In this document: piece after piece, positions 21,025-30,195 of the stretch
Numbering within the stretch: position 1 is the first letter of the stretch
Layout of the letters: the number at the start of each line of letters is the position of its first letter
Assembly (NCBI RefSeq): GCF_024223415.1
Contig: NZ_CP100500.1
Direction: 5' to 3' (one strand)
DNA from: Escherichia coli
GTDB lineage: Bacteria; Pseudomonadota; Gammaproteobacteria; Enterobacterales; Enterobacteriaceae
Length of the DNA: 64,000 nt
Position numbers and translations under genes: made by a program
The notes under the pieces: model-generated
The model's input: only the letters and a program-made list of their open reading frames with translations
Databases searched by the model: none
Told to the model about the DNA's origin: nothing

Positions 21025-23352
21025 TTATCCTTTGAGTTCTTGTGCAATTTCCAGGTCAACGTAAATATCATCGTCATCATCAAGCACCGGGGCGTCAACC
21101 TGTTCGAAAGACCAGTCATTAATTGCTTCAATCGCGCCGCTTAGCATCAAATTAAACTGCTGGCATAGCTCAGCGACTTCGTTTCGCGCCCAGCGTTCTT
21201 TTTCCTGCAAACGTTGGTAAAGTTGATGATGTGCTTCATCAAGACCTGCGCCAGCGTGTGGCGGGATCTCCGCTGGGGATTCGTCTGCGGGTTCATCTTC
21301 GGTGAAGATGGTGTTCAGTAACTGGCGTACGTCCGTTGTGTCGGATTCATGACGGGCAAGGATCCGTTCATCAAGAGAAAACGCGCCGCTCGTCGCTGAT
21401 GGGGTTTGTAACGTAGCTGTCGGAGTTGTTTCTGCGGTTGACAGTCGGTGGATATCGCTGGTAACGGCACTGCTGTCCAGACCGAGGCTGGCGTAGATTT
21501 TTTCCAGTTGTTTGATTTCAGCCGGATCGATTTTTCCATCTGCGCAGGCGACGCTGATAATCACGTTGCCAATAGTGGATTTATCTTTATCGCTGAGTTG
21601 CTCAATTTTACCTTTCAGACCAGCCTGATTTGCAGGCGTATTGAGCCGCCAGGTGAGGTAGGCGTGCAGCGAACGTTTTTCTGTTGGCGACAGCGCATCG
21701 TTATGATTAATCGTTTTCTCCAGCGCGGCCTGTTCAGCAACATCCACGCGCTTGTCCATTTGTGCAATCATGGCACCCAACCGAAGCGCCACAGAGACTG
21801 ACGTAAATTCCGCCGACGGTACGTAGAATTCCGCATGCCCTTCAGGAAATAAAACAAGATGACCTTCTGGATCCGGTCTGACAAGGTGATAGCGCATATC
21901 CGGCGCAATGCCGTAGCCTGCTCGCCGGGCGAAATTTTGCATCAGCTCGGCTTCTTTCTTATTAATCTTATCCGGTACAGGCATACCCAGTCTGGCCCAG
22001 AAATCAGCCACTGTCGCCAGTCCTGAATGTTCACGGATTTTCTCATCTGCCCAGTGTTTAAATTCAGCAAATAGACGTTCTGCATCTTCGGTCAGTATTT
22101 CATCGGGAAGCAGCATGATGGCGGCGACATCACTTGGTGAGGCATCTTTTTTACCGAGATAGCGACTGTAGGCATCCAGCGCGTTGATACAGGATTCTGC
22201 AACAGAAATTAATTTCTGAACTGGGGCTTTTAAAACGCTGGGATCGGGAAGATCCATCTGTTTTTTTACCTGAAGTTCCCGAAGCGTACCACTGGCGGGG
22301 GTATAGCTTAAATACAACCGTGTTTTATTGGGTTTGACGACAATACCGTCACCGTATTTTTGAGTATAACGCTGTTTGAATAATGCGGAAAATTCAGCAT
22401 GACATCGACGGGCAGGCGTGCGCAGGGTGTAATCAGGAAAATAGTATATCCATGCCAGTGCCAGAGCGGCACAAATAGGTTGTCCTTTATCGACCACAGT
22501 CGCTAGATTTAATCTGAACAGTAATGAACTCCTCGATGAGAAATATTCGTTTTCGGTATATATAGAAAGCAACTTCGGTCGGAGAACGATCATCATTTCC
22601 AGCAACTGCGTTGCATAATGCCGGAAGGAACCGCTTGCCTGAAATACGGTTCTCAGGCGCGATATCTCTTCGAATAATGCTTTGAATTCATCGTCAGAAA
22701 TGGCTTCTTGTGTGCCATCGGCCAGTACGCGGCGTTCTAGACCGTAAAAATAGATAAAAACATAGCCAACGGGGCAGCTCGCATCGCTGCGATCGCTTGC
22801 CAGCCAGTCAAGATAGGCGCCACGGCAGCGAGGGGAGAGTGTGGCAAAGCTGGGCCAGTATCCCAGTGACTCATCATAATAATGCCGTGAACCAGGCTCG
22901 ATGGGAAAAGCGTCATTAACCAGCGAAGCGTCGGAGTCATCGTTATAAAGATATCCATATTCTCCTGATGAATGTGTTTTTAACCGCCCGCCGAAATAAA
23001 AATAACCGTGATTAATGACGACATTTTGAATGGTGATGCTTTCTCCCGGTTTGACCCATCGCGCTGGAGTGGTATTGCTACGGGCGGCGTTTTCTCGTGA
23101 CGGCTGGCGGCTGGTGCTGTATTCAACCGTCTGCCCGTTCACAAAAGTAAAGGTTGCCAGTTCGTCATCATCGGAGGCCTGAGAATGCATATTTGTCATG
23201 CTGTTATCTGGCTTATTGAGAGATTTCTGTCGAGATGAATGATTTATTTTGGTGATGATTTTGTTGTTTACTCTGGGGGGCGGCGATTTTTTCTTTTTGG
23301 AAAACAGAAGCCAGATAACCGCCAGCATAATAACAAATATCCAGAAGCCCAT
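21025..23352 (-). CDS. Membrane-anchored TerB-domain protein (775 aa); SngA-like
   Basis: N-terminal TM helix (GFWIFVIMLAVIWLLF) followed by lysine run; C-terminal segment VIISVACADGKIDPAEIKQLEKIYASLGLD resembles TerB-type motif. Confidence 0.55.
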   Translation of the reverse strand: MGFWIFVIMLAVIWLLFSKKKKSPPPRVNNKIITKINHSSRQKSLNKPDNSMTNMHSQASDDDELATFTFVNGQTVEYSTSRQPSRENAARSNTTPARWVKPGESITIQNVVINHGYFYFGGRLKTHSSGEYGYLYNDDSDASLVNDAFPIEPGSRHYYDESLGYWPSFATLSPRCRGAYLDWLASDRSDASCPVGYVFIYFYGLERRVLADGTQEAISDDEFKALFEEISRLRTVFQASGSFRHYATQLLEMMIVLRPKLLSIYTENEYFSSRSSLLFRLNLATVVDKGQPICAALALAWIYYFPDYTLRTPARRCHAEFSALFKQRYTQKYGDGIVVKPNKTRLYLSYTPASGTLRELQVKKQMDLPDPSVLKAPVQKLISVAESCINALDAYSRYLGKKDASPSDVAAIMLLPDEILTEDAERLFAEFKHWADEKIREHSGLATVADFWARLGMPVPDKINKKEAELMQNFARRAGYGIAPDMRYHLVRPDPEGHLVLFPEGHAEFYVPSAEFTSVSVALRLGAMIAQMDKRVDVAEQAALEKTINHNDALSPTEKRSLHAYLTWRLNTPANQAGLKGKIEQLSDKDKSTIGNVIISVACADGKIDPAEIKQLEKIYASLGLDSSAVTSDIHRLSTAETTPTATLQTPSATSGAFSLDERILARHESDTTDVRQLLNTIFTEDEPADESPAEIPPHAGAGLDEAHHQLYQRLQEKERWARNEVAELCQQFNLMLSGAIEAINDWSFEQVDAPVLDDDDDIYVDLEIAQELKG

Positions 23353-23535
23353 TCCTTGCCCTTAATCGCTGATAACGCTTCCCGGCATTGTTCTACGATA
23401 GGCAAAGGCGGTAAGCATAAAACTGGAAGAGAGATCGTAAAATGATACCGCGAATGGGCTAGAGTACAAGCATAAAAACCCTATTATTCAAAAGGATTAT
23501 GTCATATGGCTGGGGGAGCAATTGGCAGGACCAGG

Positions 23536-24603
23536 TTATACCTCTGAATCACGCATAAAACGATTGATTTCATCTTGCGCATGACGAAGACGATCGGCAA
23601 TGTCAGCAAATCTGTCAGGCTGATGAAAGAACATTCCCCCTTCCACCGCCGTTTGATGATCCCCGGCGATCGCTGCGAACCGTTCAGCATCGTCAGGCAA
23701 CAGTTGCAGGTTTCCGACAATCACCTGAGTAAAATCCACACCCGGCACAGACCAGCGACGTTGCTTCATCTCGACCACATTGCGCATGGCTTCCAGCGTT
23801 TCATAGGGGCTGGCAAAATGATTACTCAGCAGACAATCCACATCATACCAATGGCGTGCCAGTCGGGCCGGATTTGGCGCTTTGGTTTGCGTGCAGAACT
23901 GGTGCAGCGCCGTCAGCTTTTCCCAAAGAATATAACCGGTGTCATAAGCGTTTACGGTCGCGGTGGGTAACTGGAGTGTATCCATGCCTGCGATCCCGGA
24001 CAGATAGCTTACAACAGGCATCAGATCGGTTGGCTTGCCACGATTTCGTCCGCCAAATTCCAGCAGAATATGATCGCGCTGATAGGCCATACTGTCTTCT
24101 TTCACCCGTGGGAAATAGATATCGACTTTTTCGCCACCACTGTCGGGTTCCATTTTTGCTTCAAGGCCCGGAATTTCATAAGTCTGAAAGCGTTGGTTTA
24201 ACCGTTCTGCCAGCGCGTTTGTCCATTCTGTTAAGCGCTCTTGCTGCTGCTCTCTGAACCGGCGATTCTGGCTGTTATTTAGCGTGCTTTGCTCCCATGC
24301 CTGCTGTTCTTCCTCTTCTGAGTGGCCTGCCAGATCGGCCCAGTGAACAGAAAGATCGATATCTTCAGAAAAACGCTCAATCACGTTCCAGCATTTGCTT
24401 AACGCCGTTCCACCTTTAAACGCGACAGATAAACCTCCCAGCAGCTCCTCATTAAAAAGTAACCGAAGGATCTCCGTTACCCAGAGATCCTTTTCCAGAA
24501 AGCTGGCTCCCAGCCCGGAGGGATGCTGCTGCGCCGCGTAAGAGAGGATTTCCTGAAGCTCGCGACGTTGTGATGCGCTCCGGTAGTAATCAAAAATGTC
24601 CAT
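23536..24603 (-). CDS. AbiEii-family nucleotidyltransferase toxin (ORF track start 24642; ATG at 24603 overlaps antitoxin stop)
   Basis: FKGGTALSKCWNVIERFSEDIDLSV motif characteristic of AbiEii/DUF1814 nucleotidyltransferases; ATGA overlap with upstream gene. Confidence 0.78.
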   Translation of the reverse strand: MDIFDYYRSASQRRELQEILSYAAQQHPSGLGASFLEKDLWVTEILRLLFNEELLGGLSVAFKGGTALSKCWNVIERFSEDIDLSVHWADLAGHSEEEEQQAWEQSTLNNSQNRRFREQQQERLTEWTNALAERLNQRFQTYEIPGLEAKMEPDSGGEKVDIYFPRVKEDSMAYQRDHILLEFGGRNRGKPTDLMPVVSYLSGIAGMDTLQLPTATVNAYDTGYILWEKLTALHQFCTQTKAPNPARLARHWYDVDCLLSNHFASPYETLEAMRNVVEMKQRRWSVPGVDFTQVIVGNLQLLPDDAERFAAIAGDHQTAVEGGMFFHQPDRFADIADRLRHAQDEINRFMRDSEV

Positions 24604-25262
24604 CAGAGCGCCTTTTGCAACGTTATCAGCTGCGAGCGCCACGCGTGAAGCGCAGGCTCATTCATCAACTTTCCGGCAATCTGCCGTGCTTTAGCGGACG
24701 GGATGCTCAGCCGATGAAAAGCATTCTTCAGCGTTTCCAATGGGGTATGTTGCTGATCCAGACTCAGCAAACCGCGCATCAGCTCTCCTTCAGGCCGGTT
24801 CAGCCAACGTAACCGACTTGCTGATTTATGCTGGATCCGTACCCGCTCATTGCCGACGCGGAATTCTCGCGTAGGGCCGTTTGACCAGTAGATGCGTTTA
24901 ACTGGCGCCTGCGTTTGCAGCCCCAGCCGGTAAGCGGCTTCCAGCCCCTGAAGGGTGATTTTGTAACCACGCTCTTTTGCCCATGCGGCGGCAACGGCAT
25001 TGGCGCTGGCAACAACGTTAACAGAGGGGATGTTTTTCAACGGCTTTGGCCGGGAGTAGAAACCGCGTTCAACCCGGACCAGCAGGCCTTCTTTGACCAG
25101 ACGGCTCATTGCCTGTTGTACCGACGCACGGCTTCCCAGCGAGTAAAACCCGCTGATGGAAAAGGGGATGCCACGCTTCATGCGGTGAACCCGCTGGCGG
25201 GCCAGAGCGGCAACAGACATTGATTCTCCTGTACTGACGTTTTCATTGATATGTATTTTCAT
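24603..25262 (-). CDS. AbiEi-like antitoxin / transcriptional regulator (type IV TA)
   Basis: 219 aa immediately upstream of and overlapping AbiEii; N-terminal wHTH-like region ...SRLVKEGLLVRVERGFYSRP. Confidence 0.65.
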   Translation of the reverse strand: MKIHINENVSTGESMSVAALARQRVHRMKRGIPFSISGFYSLGSRASVQQAMSRLVKEGLLVRVERGFYSRPKPLKNIPSVNVVASANAVAAAWAKERGYKITLQGLEAAYRLGLQTQAPVKRIYWSNGPTREFRVGNERVRIQHKSASRLRWLNRPEGELMRGLLSLDQQHTPLETLKNAFHRLSIPSAKARQIAGKLMNEPALHAWRSQLITLQKAL

Positions 25263-25418
25263 TATATCCCTTGTGTAGCAAGGAGTCTAACCTAAAAAAT
25301 GTCAGTAATATTCATTCTATGACAATGTTTAAAATGGCAGATATCAGTGAGGTAGCTTGCTGTAGGAAATTCCGACGATAAAATACCCACATACAGCAGG
25401 CGGTGATAAGGATATAGC

Positions 25419-27614
25419 ATGAGCATTCTCTCCATCCACGGCGTTCGCAGTTATCAGGGCGAAAGGCCAGTGGAGTTCGACTTGAGTAAGTATGTCACTC
25501 TTATCTATGGACAAAACGGCTCAGGAAAATCAACCGTTTCTGGTTACTTTTATAAGCATGGTCGTCCAGATTACAGCCAGTGCAGCCTGCGACCTCCACT
25601 GGATATGAACTACCTGGTGTTTAATCAGGAGTATGTAGACGATATTTTCAGCCAACCTTCTCAGCCGGGCATTTTCACTTTAAATAGTGAAAATGCAGAA
25701 ATTAAAACTGAAATAGATGCTCTGGAAGCGGAGAGTAAAGTTTTGTTTGCCCGGCGTGATGCTTTGGACGTGCAAAAACGCGACGTTGAGGGCATGGAAG
25801 AAAGTATTAAAAATGGCTCCGCAAAACAGATTTATAGTTCTACCGCAGAAATCAGAAAAACAGATTTATGGGATTTGATGTCTGGAACTAAACAGACCGA
25901 CAAACTTTTTCAGACCATCCTTGAACACACTGAAGTCGAAGATACTTCGACGCAGGAATTAACCGAAGAACTACACCGACTTGAAGCCAGTAAAGGCAAC
26001 CCTTACGCTTTGCTCGAAGCATTGCCAGCATCCCCTTTGAATGACAATGATATTGCGCTATTGATGCAACCTCTTATTCCAGCAGGTGATAGCCGTCTTG
26101 CTGCCGCAATTAACCAATTGGGCAACATTGACTGGGTGAGGAATGGACAGCAGTGGCTGAGTGATGACATTTGCCCATTTTGTCAAACGCCGATAGATGC
26201 CCGGCAACTTCAACAGGAAATCACTGCCCTTTTTGATACCTCATGGGAAGCTGCGATGGACCAGTTGCGGGAACTTCAGGCGCGATATCAATTCTGGCAC
26301 GATAAACCCGAACATATGCGGCAGTTAATAAAAACGTGTCCGTTAGTTGATCAGGAACATCCTGTTTATCTCTATCTACTTGAACTGGAGCAGGCGTATC
26401 AAAGAAATAAATTGCATATCGATGAGAAATTGACATCACCCTCTGCGTCGATTGCTGTTGAGGATCTTTCTGCTCTGGCTGGCAATGTCTCTGTGCAGAT
26501 AGCCAGTATTAATACAATAATAAGCGAACATAACCGAAAGGCTGAAAATTATCAGACTGAACGGGTTAGACTGAAACAGAGACTACTCAGTCATATCCGA
26601 AAACTGGCTACCGATACGATAATTAACCATGATGAACAACTAGCAGAACTTGCTGAAAAATTGGCAAAATTAACGGTGTCTCGGGATGAAATTACGGCCC
26701 AGCTTGATACGCTGAACGCAATTATTCGCGGTAAATCCAGCCTGATCGTCAATACGCAGGAAACGATTGAACGTATTAATCACAGCTTGGATAGCCTTGG
26801 AATCACTGGATTCCGCATTGCTCCCTATGACGATCGGGATGATTATCGTCTGGTGAGGGAAGGTGAGAACAGCGATACGCCTGTTTTTAGTAGTCTGAGT
26901 GAAGGGGAAAAGACGCTGATTGCTTTTCTCTATTTTCTGGAGACTTGCACAGGGAGAAAAAGTCGTGATGACAATGACCAACGAAAACGTTTAATTGTCA
27001 TTGATGATCCTATATCCAGCCTGTCGCAAAACTATGTTTTTGAAATAGCATCGTTGATCCAGCATCAGGTTATACGTGCCAGAATTGGTGAGAAAGTGAT
27101 TATTCTGACGCACAGCCTGTTTTTCTTTCAGGAGTTACTGCTTTCTGCGGAACGGAAGAAAAGGGCAGCGGGTTCTTGCCCACCAGAATGGACGCTTTAT
27201 CGGGTATCCAAATCCTTACATAGTTCTGCTTCCCTTGTTTCCGAAAAAGAATTACTGAACGACTATCAGGCACTCTGGTATGTCTTACGCCACGCCCAAA
27301 AAGATGACATTGCCAGTGTGGTGATCCCAAATACGATGCGGCAAATCCTTGAATACTATTTTGGTTTTTCGGGGAAAAGTGAGACGCTTCACCGGGCGCT
27401 TGAAACACTGGCGAGCGGGCCTGAAGGTGAACCTGGTTTCCGTATATTTGCTCGTTATCTAAATCGACATTCTCACCAGGATGCCCGCAATATCTCTCTT
27501 CATGAGGGGGCTTCGGTTGAACGCTATCTTACCTGGTTTAAGAAAGTATTCGAGGCGGCAAAGGATGAAGAGCATTACACATCAATGATGGAAAAGACGA
27601 CACAAACGACCTGA
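25419..27614 (+). CDS. ABC-type (SMC/RecF-like) ATPase, candidate RloC/PrrC-like anticodon-nuclease family defence protein
   Basis: Walker A GQNGSGKST at N-terminus, Walker B/D-loop LIVIDDPISSLS and H-loop ILTHS ~500 aa later, CPFC (CxxC) in the intervening predicted coiled coil, ~170-aa C-terminal domain. Confidence 0.45.
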   Translation: MSILSIHGVRSYQGERPVEFDLSKYVTLIYGQNGSGKSTVSGYFYKHGRPDYSQCSLRPPLDMNYLVFNQEYVDDIFSQPSQPGIFTLNSENAEIKTEIDALEAESKVLFARRDALDVQKRDVEGMEESIKNGSAKQIYSSTAEIRKTDLWDLMSGTKQTDKLFQTILEHTEVEDTSTQELTEELHRLEASKGNPYALLEALPASPLNDNDIALLMQPLIPAGDSRLAAAINQLGNIDWVRNGQQWLSDDICPFCQTPIDARQLQQEITALFDTSWEAAMDQLRELQARYQFWHDKPEHMRQLIKTCPLVDQEHPVYLYLLELEQAYQRNKLHIDEKLTSPSASIAVEDLSALAGNVSVQIASINTIISEHNRKAENYQTERVRLKQRLLSHIRKLATDTIINHDEQLAELAEKLAKLTVSRDEITAQLDTLNAIIRGKSSLIVNTQETIERINHSLDSLGITGFRIAPYDDRDDYRLVREGENSDTPVFSSLSEGEKTLIAFLYFLETCTGRKSRDDNDQRKRLIVIDDPISSLSQNYVFEIASLIQHQVIRARIGEKVIILTHSLFFFQELLLSAERKKRAAGSCPPEWTLYRVSKSLHSSASLVSEKELLNDYQALWYVLRHAQKDDIASVVIPNTMRQILEYYFGFSGKSETLHRALETLASGPEGEPGFRIFARYLNRHSHQDARNISLHEGASVERYLTWFKKVFEAAKDEEHYTSMMEKTTQTT

Positions 27615-29132
27615 TTAACAACAGAAGAGGACCATCACCCCGGGATTAACCGTTAGCAGTTCGGCAAAGAGCGCATGTGCTGGCACACGTGCTCCCAGCG
27701 ACCAAAACGGAAACGCAGATACTGGTGAACCAGCACAGTTTTCTGTTTCATACCGGGCTCCTTTCTTTCGACGCCGACAAGCTGTCGGCGAGCCCCGTAC
27801 ACCTCGTACGAGCGTGACTATCGTGTAGAGGCTAAGGATCCCGGGGGATGGCTTCCGCTATCGTAGGCGATTTCATTTGATGATTCAATCTTTGCTTTGG
27901 ATAACAATTAATTGAGATGGTCGTATTTTAGTATTAGCACTGTATGTCTTAGCTATAGTGCTGCTGAAATGACCAATTCGGGAACCGTGATGGTTTCCTG
28001 GAAACTCTCTTGCTTATTTTACGATGCTGGCCGATTATCACAAAACGTTGCTTAAACGCTGATTGGATATGGTGCTTTGTGGCAGTCATTCGCTTGTCTG
28101 ACGTTGCCATGGCTTACATTTGATGTAGCCAATGTAGAAGCCGCTTGGTGAATTGTTCTATGACATGGTCTACTACTTCGTTGTGGAAAATGAAGATGCG
28201 GTACCGGGTATGTACCATTGATGGTGAGAGGCTTATCGACGAATGGACCGTACGATATTGCTTGGCTGGAAAGGTGTGTGAAGCATTGTAGATTTACATT
28301 CACAAAATCGCGAGAAAATCTACAAACAACTCTATTTCCAGAAAAATGAGTTTCCCCTTTCTGCGCCAGAAATAAAGGCGTAATCTCCCTCCTGCACTAT
28401 GTTGTCGTGGACAACTCCCTTGCTTCATGGTCTGCAAGAAGCCCCTGATTTATCAGGATGACCAGCCCTTTCTACCGGTACGACCTCCGCAATACCGGAA
28501 CGCGAAAGCGTTTGAGGCTAAGAGTACATACACATGAACGGCTCCATCGTCATCGCTTAACGGCAACAGCCTTCACCGGCTGAACGGCCTCTCTTTGCCG
28601 GAATTTTCCTGGCCCACTTATACCCTGCTGATAACCAGCGCCTTTTTACATGACGGGCTGCGGCCTGCATTGCCGAAGGCTTTGCTGCCGCGTGACCGTC
28701 ATCCTGCACCAGAGTGTTAATTTTCAGACCCTGCGCCAGACCAGGGCGTCAGTCGCTCACGCGCAGTGAGAGACTGACGCCCGCAGAAATTTCCATCTGC
28801 ACCAGTCATATCAACTGTTCCAGCCACAGGCGAGCTTCTGACGTCGCTTTTCAGCATTTATCTCAACCATTCATTCACAAAAGGAGAACATGAGCCAGTA
28901 CCGGAGGAGGACCACCAGGACGGTCCGGGGGATGACCAGCTCACGCTGGCGGCTGCTCTGAGAGCACAACCGATACCCCGCAAAACCTCAACAGCCGTCG
29001 CCCCGGCGCTCAGGTACTGCTCGCAGCCCCGACAAAAATCAGGGGCTATCGGCCTACGCGCCGGGGAAAGCTGTATCCGTTGTTTGTTGTGGTTTTGTGA
29101 AAATCAGGAGCGAGAGAAGAGGAAAACGTAAA

Positions 29133-30014
29133 ATGGGTATGCTGGAAAGAGAGATGAAAAACCTGGCGCGGCAGGCTGGCGGGTCGCACAAGACTGTCCA
29201 TGACCGTATCGCCATGGCAGGACGTTTCTGCGAACGCCTGATGGAACTGAACGTTCAGATACGCTATGTCCACCATTTAAAGGCGAAGCATATTGAGGCG
29301 TATATTCAGATGCGGCTGGCGCAGGGGATTCAGAAAAATACGCTGCATAACGAAACGGCGGCTATCCGTAAAATCCTGACGCAGGCCGGGCGCGAAAAGC
29401 TGGCGCAGAGTGAACGGATATCGAATAAATCGCTGGGGCTGGCTGGCGTATCCCGCAATGGTACGCGGAAAGCCATCACGCCGGAATATTATCAACAGAT
29501 GGCAGAGGCTGCCCGGCTGAAAGATGCGGGGCTGGCGGCGGCGCTGGAACTGACGCGGCTGATGGGGCTACGCTCTCAGGAGGCAGTACGCTGTTCCGGT
29601 TCGCTGAAAACCTGGCGCGAAGCACTGGAGAAAGGTGATACCCGGCTAACCGTGGTACTCGGTACCAAAGGTGGACGGCCCCGTGACACGATTATTCAGG
29701 ATACTGGCGCAGTTAAACAGGCGCTGGATAAGGCCATCGTGGTGGCAGAACGGCGCAACGGCAGGCTGATTGATGCGGCGAGCCTTAAACAGGCAATGAA
29801 ATACTGGCGCAACCAGACTTTGCGTATGGGGCTGACGGGCAAATACTCCCCGCACTCACTGCGCTACGCCTGGGCGCAGGACGATATCTGCCGGTATCTG
29901 GCGCAGGGGTTCAGCGAAAAAGAAGCGCTGGCGATGGTGGCAATGGACCTAGGGCATGGCGACGGGCGTGGTCGCTGGGTGAAGCAGGTGTATGCACGGA
30001 ATGATGAAGCGTGA
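29133..30014 (+). CDS. Small tyrosine recombinase-like protein (ORF track start 29097 is GTG)
   Basis: C-terminal catalytic-like residues: ...GLRSQE..., TVVLGTKGGRPRD, HSLRYAWAQ (HxLR), MDLGHGDGRGRWVKQVYAR (LGH...Y); SD-like gaggaaaa upstream of ATG 29133. Confidence 0.5.
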   Translation: MGMLEREMKNLARQAGGSHKTVHDRIAMAGRFCERLMELNVQIRYVHHLKAKHIEAYIQMRLAQGIQKNTLHNETAAIRKILTQAGREKLAQSERISNKSLGLAGVSRNGTRKAITPEYYQQMAEAARLKDAGLAAALELTRLMGLRSQEAVRCSGSLKTWREALEKGDTRLTVVLGTKGGRPRDTIIQDTGAVKQALDKAIVVAERRNGRLIDAASLKQAMKYWRNQTLRMGLTGKYSPHSLRYAWAQDDICRYLAQGFSEKEALAMVAMDLGHGDGRGRWVKQVYARNDEA

Positions 30015-30195
30015 TTTTTTGCTGGCGCAGCGAAAGGAAAAAGGCCAAAGGGTAAAGGTGGGTTAAGGGTAACAGCTCCTTACCGGAAAGGGCCAAAGGG
30101 TTGGGACTGGCGCAGATCGACGTCTATCCACGGATATCTGGCGCAAATAAAAAGCAGATCCCTGATGCAGTGGATCTGCTTTCCGGCATTGTCCG

